Position numbers and translations under genes: made by a program. From Minisyncoccota bacterium (GTDB taxonomy: Bacteria; Patescibacteriota; Minisyncoccia; Phycocordibacterales; UBA6065), in contig DAORIX010000001.1 of NCBI GenBank assembly GCA_035438745.1, positions 3,075 to 67,074 of the forward strand: a stretch of DNA of 64,000 bases, read 5' to 3'. Below, piece by piece: positions 16,774 through 28,163 of the stretch (the first letter of the stretch is position 1; each line of letters begins with the position of its first letter). A model generated the notes under the pieces. It had not been told where the DNA came from. It made no database searches and saw only the letters and a program-made list of their open reading frames with translations.

Positions 16774-18213
16774 TTATGATAGTAATTCCTTAAACACCCC
16801 CTGCAGTACAGCGGGATTTGCTGAACCTCCACTCGCTTTCATCGCCTGTCCAACAAAAAATTGCAAAAGGTTTTGTTTGCCCGCCTTGTATTCAGCCACA
16901 ACACTGGGATTATTTTCAATAATAGTCTGAGCAATTTTCTTGAGCGCTGCCGGATCACTTTTCTGTTTCAATCCTCGTGCGTTTGCAATATCTTCAGGAG
17001 AGCCCCCCTCTGTAAACATGACCGAGAGTATGTCTTTTGCTCCTCGAGAAGAAATGTCCCCTTTCTCAACCATAGAAATGAGTGTGGCGAAAAAAGAAGG
17101 CACAAAAGGAAGTTCAGAAAAACCTTGGGTGATTTTGCCTTCTCCGTATTTCTTTTTCATCAAACCCAAAAGGTCTGAAGTAATGTAGTTTGAAGCGAGT
17201 ACCGTAGACTCTTTTTTGCCCGCAAGATCAGTAACTACCCTCTCAAAGAAATCTCCGACAACAGGCTCTGTCACAAAAAGCTCAATATCCTCAGTTTTTA
17301 TTCCATAGTCACGAGCGAAGCGTACCCTCTTCTCACTAGGAAGTTCTGGTGTTTCCTTGGCGAGGATTTTTTCATCGTAGTCAGGTATTTGAGAAATATA
17401 CAGTTTCGGTAGATCAGGATCAGGAAAATAACGATAGTCGTGGGAGTCTTCTTTTTTACGCTGAGAGTACGTCTTTTGGGTAGAATCGTCCCACCCTCTC
17501 GTTTCCTGCACGATTTTTTCTCCCCGCTCGAGCATATCAATATGACGTTCGGTCTCGTACGCAATAGCACGCTCAACGGCCTTAAAGGAGTTGAGGTTTT
17601 TTACCTCTACTTTTGTGCCGAATGTGCTCGTCTTTGAAACTGAAATATTTGCCTCCACACGCATCTCTCCTTTTTCCATGTGCGCATCAGAAACTCCAAG
17701 GTACCGTAACAAAAGCTGAAGTTCGCGACCAAAAGCCCCTGCTTCGGCCGGTGAATGAATCACGGGTTCGGTAACAAGCTCCATGAGTGGGACCCCCGCG
17801 CGATTAAAATCGACAAGAGAGTAGTCTCCCTCGTCATGACCTGAACTTGCAGTGTCTTCTTCGAGATGGATGCGTGTAATCGCAACACCCGCGAGTTCTC
17901 CTCCAGTAACAAGTGGATATTTGTACTGTGATATTTGATATCCCTTTGGAATATCCGGATAGAAATAATTCTTGCGATCAAATTCGGTGAAGTCAGCGAG
18001 GGTGCCTTTTACCGCACGACCAACTTTGAGAACAGACTTAACTGCTTCTTTGTTGATAGTAGGAAGCGTACCAGGATGGCCCATACAAATAGGACACACG
18101 AGAGCGTTTGGCTCTGCGTGGTGTGGATTATTGGCGCACGGACAAAACATTTTTGAACGTGTCTTAAGTTCAGCATGTATCTCAAGCCCGACTGTTGTTA
18201 TATAGTCTTTCAT
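16774..18213 (-). CDS. gatB: Asp/Glu-tRNA amidotransferase subunit B
   Basis: GLEIHAEL, RKNYFYPD, HLEED, NRAGVPLMELVTEP, DYRYFPDPDL; alternative GTG start at 18219. Confidence 0.97.
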   Translation of the reverse strand: MKDYITTVGLEIHAELKTRSKMFCPCANNPHHAEPNALVCPICMGHPGTLPTINKEAVKSVLKVGRAVKGTLADFTEFDRKNYFYPDIPKGYQISQYKYPLVTGGELAGVAITRIHLEEDTASSGHDEGDYSLVDFNRAGVPLMELVTEPVIHSPAEAGAFGRELQLLLRYLGVSDAHMEKGEMRVEANISVSKTSTFGTKVEVKNLNSFKAVERAIAYETERHIDMLERGEKIVQETRGWDDSTQKTYSQRKKEDSHDYRYFPDPDLPKLYISQIPDYDEKILAKETPELPSEKRVRFARDYGIKTEDIELFVTEPVVGDFFERVVTDLAGKKESTVLASNYITSDLLGLMKKKYGEGKITQGFSELPFVPSFFATLISMVEKGDISSRGAKDILSVMFTEGGSPEDIANARGLKQKSDPAALKKIAQTIIENNPSVVAEYKAGKQNLLQFFVGQAMKASGGSANPAVLQGVFKELLS

Positions 18214-18227
18214 TGTCACTATCTATT

Positions 18228-19199
18228 TTATAGCGCCCTGAGTGTTTTTACCAAATTGTCACCAAGAGTCTTTACCTGTGCATCATTAATAATTGAAACA
18301 CAAAAGACATCAGGATTTATTTTTTTAGCTTCTTTTATTTTTTCCTTGAGAGTTTTTTCGTCAACGAGGTCTGTCTTTGTCAAAATAATAATTTCTTTTT
18401 TCTGCACGAGCCCCTCACCAAAAGCCTCAAGTTCGTTTCGGATTGTTGTATATGCCGATGTAATGTCTTCGTGCTCAAGGGAAATACAATGAAAAAGCAT
18501 TTTCGTACGAGCAATATGTTTCAAAAATTTATGTCCGAGACCCTTGCCCTCTGATGCACCCTCGATGAGTCCAGGAATATCAGCCAAAATAAAACCGTAC
18601 ATATCTCCGAGGCTTGGTTCAAGAGTAGTGAATTGATAGCTTGCAACTTTTGATTTTGCGTTGGTGAGAGCATTGAGCAAGCTTGATTTACCTGCATTAG
18701 GGAAACCGACAAAGCCCGCATCCACTATGAGGCGTAATTCTATTTTGAAATCGGCCTCCTCACCTGGTTTTCCACCTGTGATTTGTTTAGGCGCAACATT
18801 TGTCGAAGATTTAAAATGTTCATTACCAAAACCACCTCCTCCACCACGAAGAATTTGAATACGCTCACCTTCTTTCATGAGATCGAGACGAGCTCCAGTT
18901 ACGAGATTGGTAACGAGAGATCCAAGAGGAAGTTTTACCACGAGATCATCTCCCGCCTTACCATACATGCTATTTTTTCCTCCATCTTCTCCCACGCCTG
19001 CTTCAAGCTCTTTGATATGCTTCAAAGCTCCGAGTGCACCAATATCACGCACAGCCTCGACAAAAACATTTCCTCCGTGACCACCGTTTCCTCCTGATGG
19101 TCCCATGAGTTCTTTTCCTTTTTCATGTCTCCAGCGTTCAACGCCCTCTCCACCACGGCCGGCCTTGATATGTATTGTTAATTCGTCAATAAAAGCCAT
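18228..19199 (-). CDS. obgE: GTPase ObgE/CgtA (short form)
   Basis: Gly-rich Obg domain, GFPNAGKSS, FTTLEP, DIPGLIEGA, TKTD. Confidence 0.96.
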   Translation of the reverse strand: MAFIDELTIHIKAGRGGEGVERWRHEKGKELMGPSGGNGGHGGNVFVEAVRDIGALGALKHIKELEAGVGEDGGKNSMYGKAGDDLVVKLPLGSLVTNLVTGARLDLMKEGERIQILRGGGGGFGNEHFKSSTNVAPKQITGGKPGEEADFKIELRLIVDAGFVGFPNAGKSSLLNALTNAKSKVASYQFTTLEPSLGDMYGFILADIPGLIEGASEGKGLGHKFLKHIARTKMLFHCISLEHEDITSAYTTIRNELEAFGEGLVQKKEIIILTKTDLVDEKTLKEKIKEAKKINPDVFCVSIINDAQVKTLGDNLVKTLRAL

Positions 19200-19280
19200 A
19201 AAAATGTGTTCTAAGCCCCGACGGGGTCATTAATCTATGCAGTATGCACTAAAAATCGTGATAAATCCAGAAAATCCAAT

Positions 19281-19311
19281 AAAAAGCGGGCCCTTGTAAA
19301 CAAGGGCCCGC
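19281..19311 (-). terminator. Terminator downstream of the MYG1 gene
   Basis: GCGGGCCCTTG-TTTA-CAAGGGCCCGC followed by TTTTT on the minus strand. Confidence 0.8.
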
Positions 19312-19353
19312 GAACACAACAACACGATAACAGCTAAGCTAACCGTTGTGTAT

Positions 19354-20250
19354 TTAAGCACCAATAGACTTTTTTGTCAACAGCACCGCACCCTCTTTTG
19401 AAGAAGCAACAGCAATGAATCTTTTTGTATGACAAAACAATGCGCCCGCAACTCCTGACACTGAAACAAAATCATTCCCTGTTTTTCCCGCCCAGGCAAG
19501 CGGAAAAGGTTTGCGTAATTCAAATGTTTTTCTCTCACGTGCCACAGCATGTACTCCCCAGGTAACCATGTCCTCTCGAGGCATAACAACATAGAGCGGT
19601 TCAGGAAAATCAATGAGTGCTTCCTTCCATGGTAAATAACGATCAAAAACTATAACCCTTTTGTCTGGCGAAGACGTGTATACACGTCTCACCTCATCAA
19701 GCGCCTCAAGAGAATCTTTATTTTTTATAATCTCCCTCATGAGAATGTGCTCGGCAAAAGTAACCGCCTTCATAAAACCCTCATCACTCCGTGAATCTGT
19801 TTCCTTCCATGTCGCGCTAAAAGTACCAATACAATCCTGAATAGTGTACGGGTACACTCCGTTAGAAAAAGGAGGTGCGTCGTAAGCGCCGTTATCAATA
19901 ATATCGATACTCTCAACGAGCTTTTCTTCGATGCGTCGAGCAACTACAGGGGAACCACAGAGCGCTTCTCCATAATGTTTCCAAACGAGGCCAAAGGCAG
20001 CATAAGGAGAGCCATTGGGACGCGGTGCGGGCGCGCCTTCTTGATGATGATCAAAACGTCCCTGCTCTGGATTGTACTCTCCGCCAACATCAACAAGAAC
20101 ATCTGCTTTTTTCCAATCTTCTTTGTTTCGAGAGCGTCGTACTGAAATAGCGCCTCTATGCAAGAGTGATACGGTTGCCACCGCAAAAACATCATCAGCA
20201 TGAAATGACCCGTCATGAGTAACTACTGTGCATTTCTTTTTAAAAAACAT
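19354..20250 (-). CDS. MYG1-family (DHH-like) exonuclease
   Basis: THDGSFHADDVFA, VDVGGEY, RFDHHQ, GLVWKHYG, FCH. Confidence 0.93.
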   Translation of the reverse strand: MFFKKKCTVVTHDGSFHADDVFAVATVSLLHRGAISVRRSRNKEDWKKADVLVDVGGEYNPEQGRFDHHQEGAPAPRPNGSPYAAFGLVWKHYGEALCGSPVVARRIEEKLVESIDIIDNGAYDAPPFSNGVYPYTIQDCIGTFSATWKETDSRSDEGFMKAVTFAEHILMREIIKNKDSLEALDEVRRVYTSSPDKRVIVFDRYLPWKEALIDFPEPLYVVMPREDMVTWGVHAVARERKTFELRKPFPLAWAGKTGNDFVSVSGVAGALFCHTKRFIAVASSKEGAVLLTKKSIGA

Positions 20251-20256
20251 GTTTAT

Positions 20257-20586
20257 TTAATTACGATGTGTAAGAGAGTTCACCAGAGAAACAATGAGCG
20301 CGCCCAAAAATGCAGACAAAAAACTTTCCAAAGAAAAACCCTCGATAAAATGAGCGGTTACCCAAAAGAAAAAACCATTAACAACCAAACCAAAAAGGCC
20401 GAGCGTAATAACATTTATAGGAAGCGTAAATAGCGAGACGAGGGGCTTAATAAGTATATTAAAAAACGCCAGCACCCCCGTTACGAGGAGCGCCGTGCCA
20501 AAGGTGCTCACCGTGATATCAGAAAACAAGTACGGTAAGGCAAAAATAGCGGCACTAACAATCAAAAAACGAAAAATAAAATGCAT
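20257..20586 (-). CDS. YvlD / phage-holin-superfamily-IV 4-TM membrane protein
   Basis: NILIKP, TLPINVITLGLFGLVVNG motifs. Confidence 0.88.
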   Translation of the reverse strand: MHFIFRFLIVSAAIFALPYLFSDITVSTFGTALLVTGVLAFFNILIKPLVSLFTLPINVITLGLFGLVVNGFFFWVTAHFIEGFSLESFLSAFLGALIVSLVNSLTHRN

Positions 20587-20634
20587 AAAGTGGTATGTAT
20601 AAAACGACGAAGAAAAAAACTTGTCTACTTATGA

Positions 20635-21981
<1,347 letters not shown>

Positions 21982-21998
21982 ACATTAAGAAGTTACAA

Positions 21999-22031
21999 AA
22001 AACACCCACCAAATAATTTGGTGGGTGTTTT
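21999..22031. terminator. Bidirectional terminator between eno and the convergent orphan gene
   Basis: AAAACACCCACCAAAT-A-ATTTGGTGGGTGTTTT. Confidence 0.85.
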
Positions 22032-22034
22032 GAC

Positions 22035-22481
22035 TTAACAAACGACGCCAGCGTGAATTAAACGCTTGCGAAACGCTGGTCCGTACTCTTCACTAACGTG
22101 ATTAATGAAGAGGACGAGACCTTCGGTACGGCCTTCCCTGGCCCAAGCCGCTATGATCTTTTGAATCACAGCGTCTTCCTCTGCCATCTCGAGACTGGTC
22201 AGAGGGTCGGGAGGGCACTGTCCACAAACACATTCTCCTCCAGGAATGCAGTCCTTAATCGACATTTCATCGATCGGTATAAACTGTCTCCCGGGGCGAG
22301 TTTCGAGCGACTGCTCGTGCGCGAGCTCGTCCGGGTCGAACCCTACAGGTTGAGTCCATGGGGTATCAACCTTGTTGAGTTGTTTGTGACCGTCAAAGCA
22401 CTGCGACGCTCTTTCGATACGATCGCATGCTGCATCTAACTTTCGACTTCCGTCGATATCTGACAATGAACGAGAAGACAT
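22035..22481 (-). CDS. Orphan hypothetical protein with a Cys cluster
   Basis: ATG 22481 lies shortly after TTGACT-17-TATAAT; CIPGGECVCGQC. Confidence 0.65.
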   Translation of the reverse strand: MSSRSLSDIDGSRKLDAACDRIERASQCFDGHKQLNKVDTPWTQPVGFDPDELAHEQSLETRPGRQFIPIDEMSIKDCIPGGECVCGQCPPDPLTSLEMAEEDAVIQKIIAAWAREGRTEGLVLFINHVSEEYGPAFRKRLIHAGVVC

Positions 22482-22575
22482 TTCGTGTATAATTATACAC
22501 CCAAAATATATAAAAGTCAATAGGTGCCCATGCGCCCTATCCATTAAAATGAAGCCTTACCATCTCAAAAAACCT

Positions 22576-24087
22576 ATGCACCAAAAACCCCAAGTAGCCC
22601 TTATTATTCTCGATGGATGGGGATATCGAGAAAACGCCGAACACAATGCTATTGCACAGGCTCACAAGCCTTTTTTCGATAGCTTATGGAAAAAATACCC
22701 CCACACCCTACTCGAAGCATCAGGTCTCCATGTGGGATTACCTCAAGGGCAAATGGGAAATAGTGAAATAGGCCATACAACCATCGGGGCAGGAAAAGTC
22801 ATCGATACTGACCTTGTACGTATTGGTAAGGCAATACAGGATAATGAATTTGGAAATTTGCCCGCCTTCAAAAAACTCTTTGATCACGTACTCAAAAACA
22901 AATCGACACTTCACGTAAAAGGACTTCTAGGAAACGGTGGTGTGCATGCTCACCAGGATCATCTCGTCGCATTTGTACGATCAGCAAAAGAAGCCGGTAT
23001 CAGTACCATAGCGATACATCTCTATACTGATGGACGAGATACAGCACCACAAAGTTCAAGCCAATTCCTAAAAGACCTCGAATCTGATCTCGAAAAAATA
23101 GGAGTGGGTTTTATCGCAACTGCTACAGGTAGATTTTATGCGATGGACAGAGACACAAACTGGGACAGAATAAAAAAAGCTGAAGACGCACTCTTTGAAT
23201 GCAAGGGTACTGTGTGTAAGCCAGGAGATATACCTTCTGAAGTGATTGCTCGTCTCCACTCCCAAGGCATTCTCGATGAACACTTGGAACCAGTTATTTT
23301 CCTTGATAAGAACGGCAAACACTATCCTATCCAAAAAAATGATGGCGTCTTTTTCTTCAATTTCCGATCAGACAGAGCGCGTCAAATTACAAAAAAAATA
23401 CTTGAAAGAGCTGAAAAAGAAAACATTGTGTTTGTCACCCTCACTGAATACGACAAGGCCTTCACCTGCCCCGTTGCTTTTCCTCCTGTATCAATAGAAA
23501 CAACACTCGCAAAAGAAATATCAAAAGCGGGTCTCTCTCAGGCGCATATTGCTGAGACAGAGAAATTCCCTCACGCTACCTATTTTCTCAACGGTGGCGT
23601 AGAAAAACCTTACCCGGGAGAAAAACACATTCTTCTCGACTCACGCAAAGACGTTAAAACACATGACCTCGCCCCAGAAATGCGCGCGGAAGCAATTGCT
23701 GAAAAAGCTATCCTTGAAATACGCTCGGGTACTCAGTTTATTTTTATAAACTTTGCAAACCCAGATATGGTAGGACACACGGCAAACAGCAAAGCGATTG
23801 TGAAAGCAATTGAAGTAGTTGATGCATCGCTCAAGGCAGTTGTTGAGGAGCTTCATAAAAACGGCGGTGTTGCTTTTGTTACCGCAGATCACGGTAATGC
23901 CGAAGTAAATACTGATCCTCTCACGGGAGAAAAACATACAGCACACACACTCAATCCTGTCCCCGCGATACTCACCGACACACACTACACACTCACATCT
24001 GGAGGCCTCGCGGATATTGCGCCAACCATACTTCATCTCCTGAACATACCTCAACCACAAGAAATGACCGGCAAGAAACTCGTATAA
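22576..24087 (+). CDS. gpmI: 2,3-bisphosphoglycerate-independent phosphoglycerate mutase
   Basis: ILDGWG, MGNSEIGH, DGRD, NFRSDR, AETEK, NPDMVGH, TADHGN; alternative start 22549. Confidence 0.97.
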   Translation: MHQKPQVALIILDGWGYRENAEHNAIAQAHKPFFDSLWKKYPHTLLEASGLHVGLPQGQMGNSEIGHTTIGAGKVIDTDLVRIGKAIQDNEFGNLPAFKKLFDHVLKNKSTLHVKGLLGNGGVHAHQDHLVAFVRSAKEAGISTIAIHLYTDGRDTAPQSSSQFLKDLESDLEKIGVGFIATATGRFYAMDRDTNWDRIKKAEDALFECKGTVCKPGDIPSEVIARLHSQGILDEHLEPVIFLDKNGKHYPIQKNDGVFFFNFRSDRARQITKKILERAEKENIVFVTLTEYDKAFTCPVAFPPVSIETTLAKEISKAGLSQAHIAETEKFPHATYFLNGGVEKPYPGEKHILLDSRKDVKTHDLAPEMRAEAIAEKAILEIRSGTQFIFINFANPDMVGHTANSKAIVKAIEVVDASLKAVVEELHKNGGVAFVTADHGNAEVNTDPLTGEKHTAHTLNPVPAILTDTHYTLTSGGLADIAPTILHLLNIPQPQEMTGKKLV

Positions 24088-24115
24088 AAAAATGCCCCCG
24101 AGGGGGCATTTTTTT
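24086..24115. terminator. Bidirectional terminator
   Basis: A7-TGCCCC-CGAG-GGGGCA-T7 between convergent genes. Confidence 0.85.
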
Positions 24116-24521
24116 ATTTCTTTTTAAGTTCTTCTATTTCTTTACGGAGAGCTCTAATTTCATCACGAATGTGACTAAGTCTAATCACCTCCTCTGCGAC
24201 CAATTCTTCTGTTTTCTCTTCAATTTTTTTCTCATGTCGTAATCCAGAGAGAAGTATTCTATCTCCAATAAATACCGACACCATCAGTCCTGTGAGCATA
24301 AGGAGAGATGTGGCAAGAATAACCTGAACCGGCGGATAAAAAAACCATGCAAGAAATGGTACACCTAATCGCATAAGCAGGTCTGCCGATTCCCACACGC
24401 CTCGCCAAAAGAGCACCACTCCAACGCCTCCAATAATCGAATATGGTATAGGGTGTTTTGACAAATGAATTCGCGCATAGTCTTCGACCTTATCAAAAAA
24501 ACGAATGGTATCTTTATACAT
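24114..24521 (-). CDS. Hypothetical two-TM membrane protein
   Basis: GGVGVVLFWRGVW motif, two TMs, coiled-coil tail. Confidence 0.8.
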   Translation of the reverse strand: MYKDTIRFFDKVEDYARIHLSKHPIPYSIIGGVGVVLFWRGVWESADLLMRLGVPFLAWFFYPPVQVILATSLLMLTGLMVSVFIGDRILLSGLRHEKKIEEKTEELVAEEVIRLSHIRDEIRALRKEIEELKKK

Positions 24522-24545
24522 GGTTATTATCTCATTACTAAGTAA

Positions 24546-25502
24546 TTAAACAGCGCACGTCGATTGCTTACCGGACAAAACATCTATCACATTATGAGCG
24601 ACAAGCGTGCCCATTTCTGTCCGAGCCTCAAGCGTCGAAGAAGCAATGTGTGGAGTGAGAATCACATTCGGTAACTTACGAAGGCGACGGGCTATTTTGG
24701 GTTCAAATTCATACACATCAAGCGCAGCGCAGGCTATTTTTTTATTATCAAGAAAATCAATAAGTGTGTTTTCGTCGATAACTGGTCCACGAGAAGTGTT
24801 TACCAGAATTGCTGTTTCCTTCATACACGAAAGTCGTTCCTGATTTACCAAATGATGGGTTTCTGGCAAAAGCGGAGTATGGAGAGAAACAACATCAGCA
24901 TTTCTAAAAAGACCCTCGAGCGACTCTACTTTACGTGCCTGCATTTCAGTCTCAAGTTCTGCGCACACGACTGTATCAAAATAAATAATACTCATTCCAA
25001 AGCCTTTGTTCATAATACGCGCAGTTTGTCTTCCGATATGTCCCGCACCAACAATACCGAGAATTTTTCCCTGGAGATCCCTACCCAAAAATATGTGAGG
25101 GTCCCATCCGCGATACCTGTCCTCACGAACAAAAGCATCAGCAGAAACAATTCGTTTTGAAGCGGCCAGAATCAAACCCGCAGTAAACTCAGCGACAGAA
25201 GGTGACACGAGAGGCGTGTTTGTAACACATATCCCTTTTGATTTTGCATACGCAACATCAATATTGTTAAACCCTACTGCATAGTTGGCAATCACCTTCC
25301 CCCCAAAAGCATCAATAACCTCCTTATCAATAGTATCTGTCAAAAAAGAAATCATTCCGTCATACTTTCCCTTGAGCAGAGCCTTTACCAAACGAGGTTT
25401 GGTGAGCCCTTGCTGATCATGTCCTACCTCAACGGTATACCCTGCACCTTTTAAAAGTTCCTCGACAGGAGCAGGTATCGGACGAGTTATAAATATTTTC
25501 AT
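24546..25502 (-). CDS. D-2-hydroxyacid dehydrogenase (glyoxylate reductase / D-glycerate dehydrogenase family)
   Basis: AVGFNNID, GIVGAGHIG, NTSRG, LDVYEFEP, LTPHIAS. Confidence 0.92.
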   Translation of the reverse strand: MKIFITRPIPAPVEELLKGAGYTVEVGHDQQGLTKPRLVKALLKGKYDGMISFLTDTIDKEVIDAFGGKVIANYAVGFNNIDVAYAKSKGICVTNTPLVSPSVAEFTAGLILAASKRIVSADAFVREDRYRGWDPHIFLGRDLQGKILGIVGAGHIGRQTARIMNKGFGMSIIYFDTVVCAELETEMQARKVESLEGLFRNADVVSLHTPLLPETHHLVNQERLSCMKETAILVNTSRGPVIDENTLIDFLDNKKIACAALDVYEFEPKIARRLRKLPNVILTPHIASSTLEARTEMGTLVAHNVIDVLSGKQSTCAV

Positions 25503-25548
25503 ATATCTAGTATATCAGAACACACAAAACGCTTACAGAGAAATATCC

Positions 25549-28086
25549 TTATTTTTGTGTCCACCCATCAGCCAAATAATCACTCAATTTTTTCCACTTC
25601 ACTTCCTTTTCTTCGCCATTTTTTACAACGACAACCTTTTCATTTCTACCTTTCTTTTCTTCACCAGAGACACGTTGTGTGCTACCTGTAGATGAAATAA
25701 TACGAGCCGCGTCTTCCATCTCTGCGCGCGCTTTTGCTTCATGAACATCCACCGTAGCTCCCAAAGAAGGGATAACACTAATAACATGAGCATTAATCGA
25801 TACAATAAGGTTTTTGAAAAGCAGAGTGCTCTCCTTTTTGTACTCAACGAGAGGGTCACGTTGACCATACGCTCTCAAATTTACTGAGCCACGCAAATAA
25901 TCCATAGCCTCAAGATGCTCCACCCACAACATATCTATAGTCTGCAAAAAAAGTGCTCGCACGTGTTTAACAAAAACATCACTGCCCATAGTTTTTTTCT
26001 TTTCCTCAATTTTTGAGAGAAAATCAGCGTCGTTAGGATCGAGAATACTGTCTAGCTCTGCGAGCACGTCAGCATCAGAACCAAGGAGCATTTTTGATCG
26101 ACGAGTATACACTGTTTTTCGATGTAAATTCATTACGTCGTCATATTCCAAAACATGTTTACGTGCATCAAAGTTGAAACCTTCGATACGATTCTGCGCC
26201 GTCTCAAGAGACCGGTTGATAATACCGTTCTGAATTGGTTCGTCTTCGGGAATACCAAAACGTCCCATCATTCTCTTGATCGTGTCCGAAGCAAAGACAC
26301 GCATAAGAGTATCCTCAAGGGACACAAAAAACTGCGTCGCACCCGGATCGCCCTGCCTACCAGCACGACCACGAAGCTGATTGTCGATACGCCTTGCCTC
26401 ATGTCGTTCGGTTCCTAGAACAAAAAGACCTCCCGCTTCTTTTACCTGCGCATATGCTTCTGGAGTTGCGGGATTACCTCCGAGTTTGATATCAACTCCT
26501 CGTCCCGCCATGTTCGTAGCAATAGTCACCGCACCGAATCGTCCCGCCTGAGCAATAATTTCACCCTCACGTTCATGATTTTTTGCGTTGAGTATTTCAT
26601 GCTTCACACCCTCAGTGCGCAAATACGCAGAGAGCAACTCGTTCTTTTCAATTGATGCTGTTCCAATCAAAACAGGCTGACCTTTTTGATTGAGCTTTTT
26701 TACAGCCTTTGCGATAGCTTTAAATTTACCAATTTCAGTTTGAAAAATAAGATCATCATGATCAATACGGGCAATGACTTTGTTAGTAGGAACAACAATA
26801 GTGGTGAGTCCATACACCTTAAAAAACTCTTCCGATGACGTCTCGGCTGTTCCCGTCATACCGGACAACTTTTTGTAGAGCCTAAAATAATTTTGATAGG
26901 TAATAGATGCAAACGTTCGCGTCTCCTGTTCTATACGTACACCCTCCTTTGCTTCAATAGCTTGATGAAGACCTTCTGACCATCTACGGCCAGGCTGCAT
27001 ACGTCCTGTAAATTCATCTACGATAACTACCTGCCCATCACGCACCACGTATTCTTTGTCTTTATGAAATAGTGCTTTTGCACGCACTGCGGTCTGTAGA
27101 TGGTGTACATATTTCACACCTCTATCAGTATAAATATTTTCAACTCCAAGAGCTTTTTCTGCAGCCTCAATACCTTTTGTAGTGAGAATAACTGATTTGT
27201 GTTTTTCTTCAACGGTATAGTGCTCATCTTTTTTGAGCGTTTCTGCAATACGCGCAAACATTGTATAAAAAGCTTCTGAATCACTTGCCGGCGCAGAAAT
27301 AATCAAAGGGGTACGTGCTTCGTCGATTAAAATAGAGTCTATTTCGTCAACAACGGCATAATTAAAAGGCCGCTGTCGTAAATCTTCCTTACGATAACAA
27401 ATATTGTCTCGAAGATAATCAAATCCAAACTCGCTGTTTGTACCGTAGGTAATATCAGCCTGATATGACTCTCGCCTGCTCACCGGTCGCAAAAACTCAT
27501 GCATCACCTTAAACGATCCCACTTCATCACGCGTCACATCGAGAGGATCACGTGACCCTTCTGTTGTTTCTGTTTTTTTACCATGAAGTGGATCATATAC
27601 GTATGATTCATTATGTCCCACAACACCGACAGAAAGACCGAGAAAATTGTATACCTGTCCCATCCACACGGCGTCTCTGCGAGAAAGATAATCGTTTACG
27701 GTAACAACATGAACACCGAGTCCTGTCAGAGCATTCAAGTACACAGGAAGCGTTGCCACAAGCGTCTTTCCTTCTCCTGTTCTCATTTCTGCAATACCCG
27801 CATGGTGAAGTATTGCTCCTCCGATAATCTGAACATCAAAATGTCGCTGACCGAGCGTTCTCTTTGACGCCTCCCTCACCACAGCGAAAGCGCGTGGCAA
27901 CAGGTCATCGAGAGATGTACCCGAAGCAAGAGCTTTTTTAAAAGAGGTGGTTTCCTCCCGAAGAGCACTATCAGACAATGCCGCTATCTCAGCTTCAAGA
28001 GCGTTCACACGCGGAACAAGGGCCTCATAAGGCTTGAGATTCCGTGCGTTTTGATCTCCAAATAGTTTCTTTAAGAATGAAGCCAT
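25549..28086 (-). CDS. secA: Preprotein translocase ATPase SecA
   Basis: MRTGEGKT, DEIDSILIDEARTPLIIS, TNMAGRGVDI, QLRGRAGRQGDPG; start reassigned to ATG 28086. Confidence 0.98.
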   Translation of the reverse strand: MASFLKKLFGDQNARNLKPYEALVPRVNALEAEIAALSDSALREETTSFKKALASGTSLDDLLPRAFAVVREASKRTLGQRHFDVQIIGGAILHHAGIAEMRTGEGKTLVATLPVYLNALTGLGVHVVTVNDYLSRRDAVWMGQVYNFLGLSVGVVGHNESYVYDPLHGKKTETTEGSRDPLDVTRDEVGSFKVMHEFLRPVSRRESYQADITYGTNSEFGFDYLRDNICYRKEDLRQRPFNYAVVDEIDSILIDEARTPLIISAPASDSEAFYTMFARIAETLKKDEHYTVEEKHKSVILTTKGIEAAEKALGVENIYTDRGVKYVHHLQTAVRAKALFHKDKEYVVRDGQVVIVDEFTGRMQPGRRWSEGLHQAIEAKEGVRIEQETRTFASITYQNYFRLYKKLSGMTGTAETSSEEFFKVYGLTTIVVPTNKVIARIDHDDLIFQTEIGKFKAIAKAVKKLNQKGQPVLIGTASIEKNELLSAYLRTEGVKHEILNAKNHEREGEIIAQAGRFGAVTIATNMAGRGVDIKLGGNPATPEAYAQVKEAGGLFVLGTERHEARRIDNQLRGRAGRQGDPGATQFFVSLEDTLMRVFASDTIKRMMGRFGIPEDEPIQNGIINRSLETAQNRIEGFNFDARKHVLEYDDVMNLHRKTVYTRRSKMLLGSDADVLAELDSILDPNDADFLSKIEEKKKTMGSDVFVKHVRALFLQTIDMLWVEHLEAMDYLRGSVNLRAYGQRDPLVEYKKESTLLFKNLIVSINAHVISVIPSLGATVDVHEAKARAEMEDAARIISSTGSTQRVSGEEKKGRNEKVVVVKNGEEKEVKWKKLSDYLADGWTQK

Positions 28087-28163
28087 AAAAAGTGTATAGA
28101 TAGCAATTCTAGCATGTAGTACGCCTTGCGTACCACAAAAAAGCATGATGAATACCCGAGCGC

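Noticed and set aside
20257-20586. Holin-family gene as a prophage marker
   Set aside because: YvlD-type 4-TM proteins are common chromosomal genes; no endolysin, integrase or structural genes nearby
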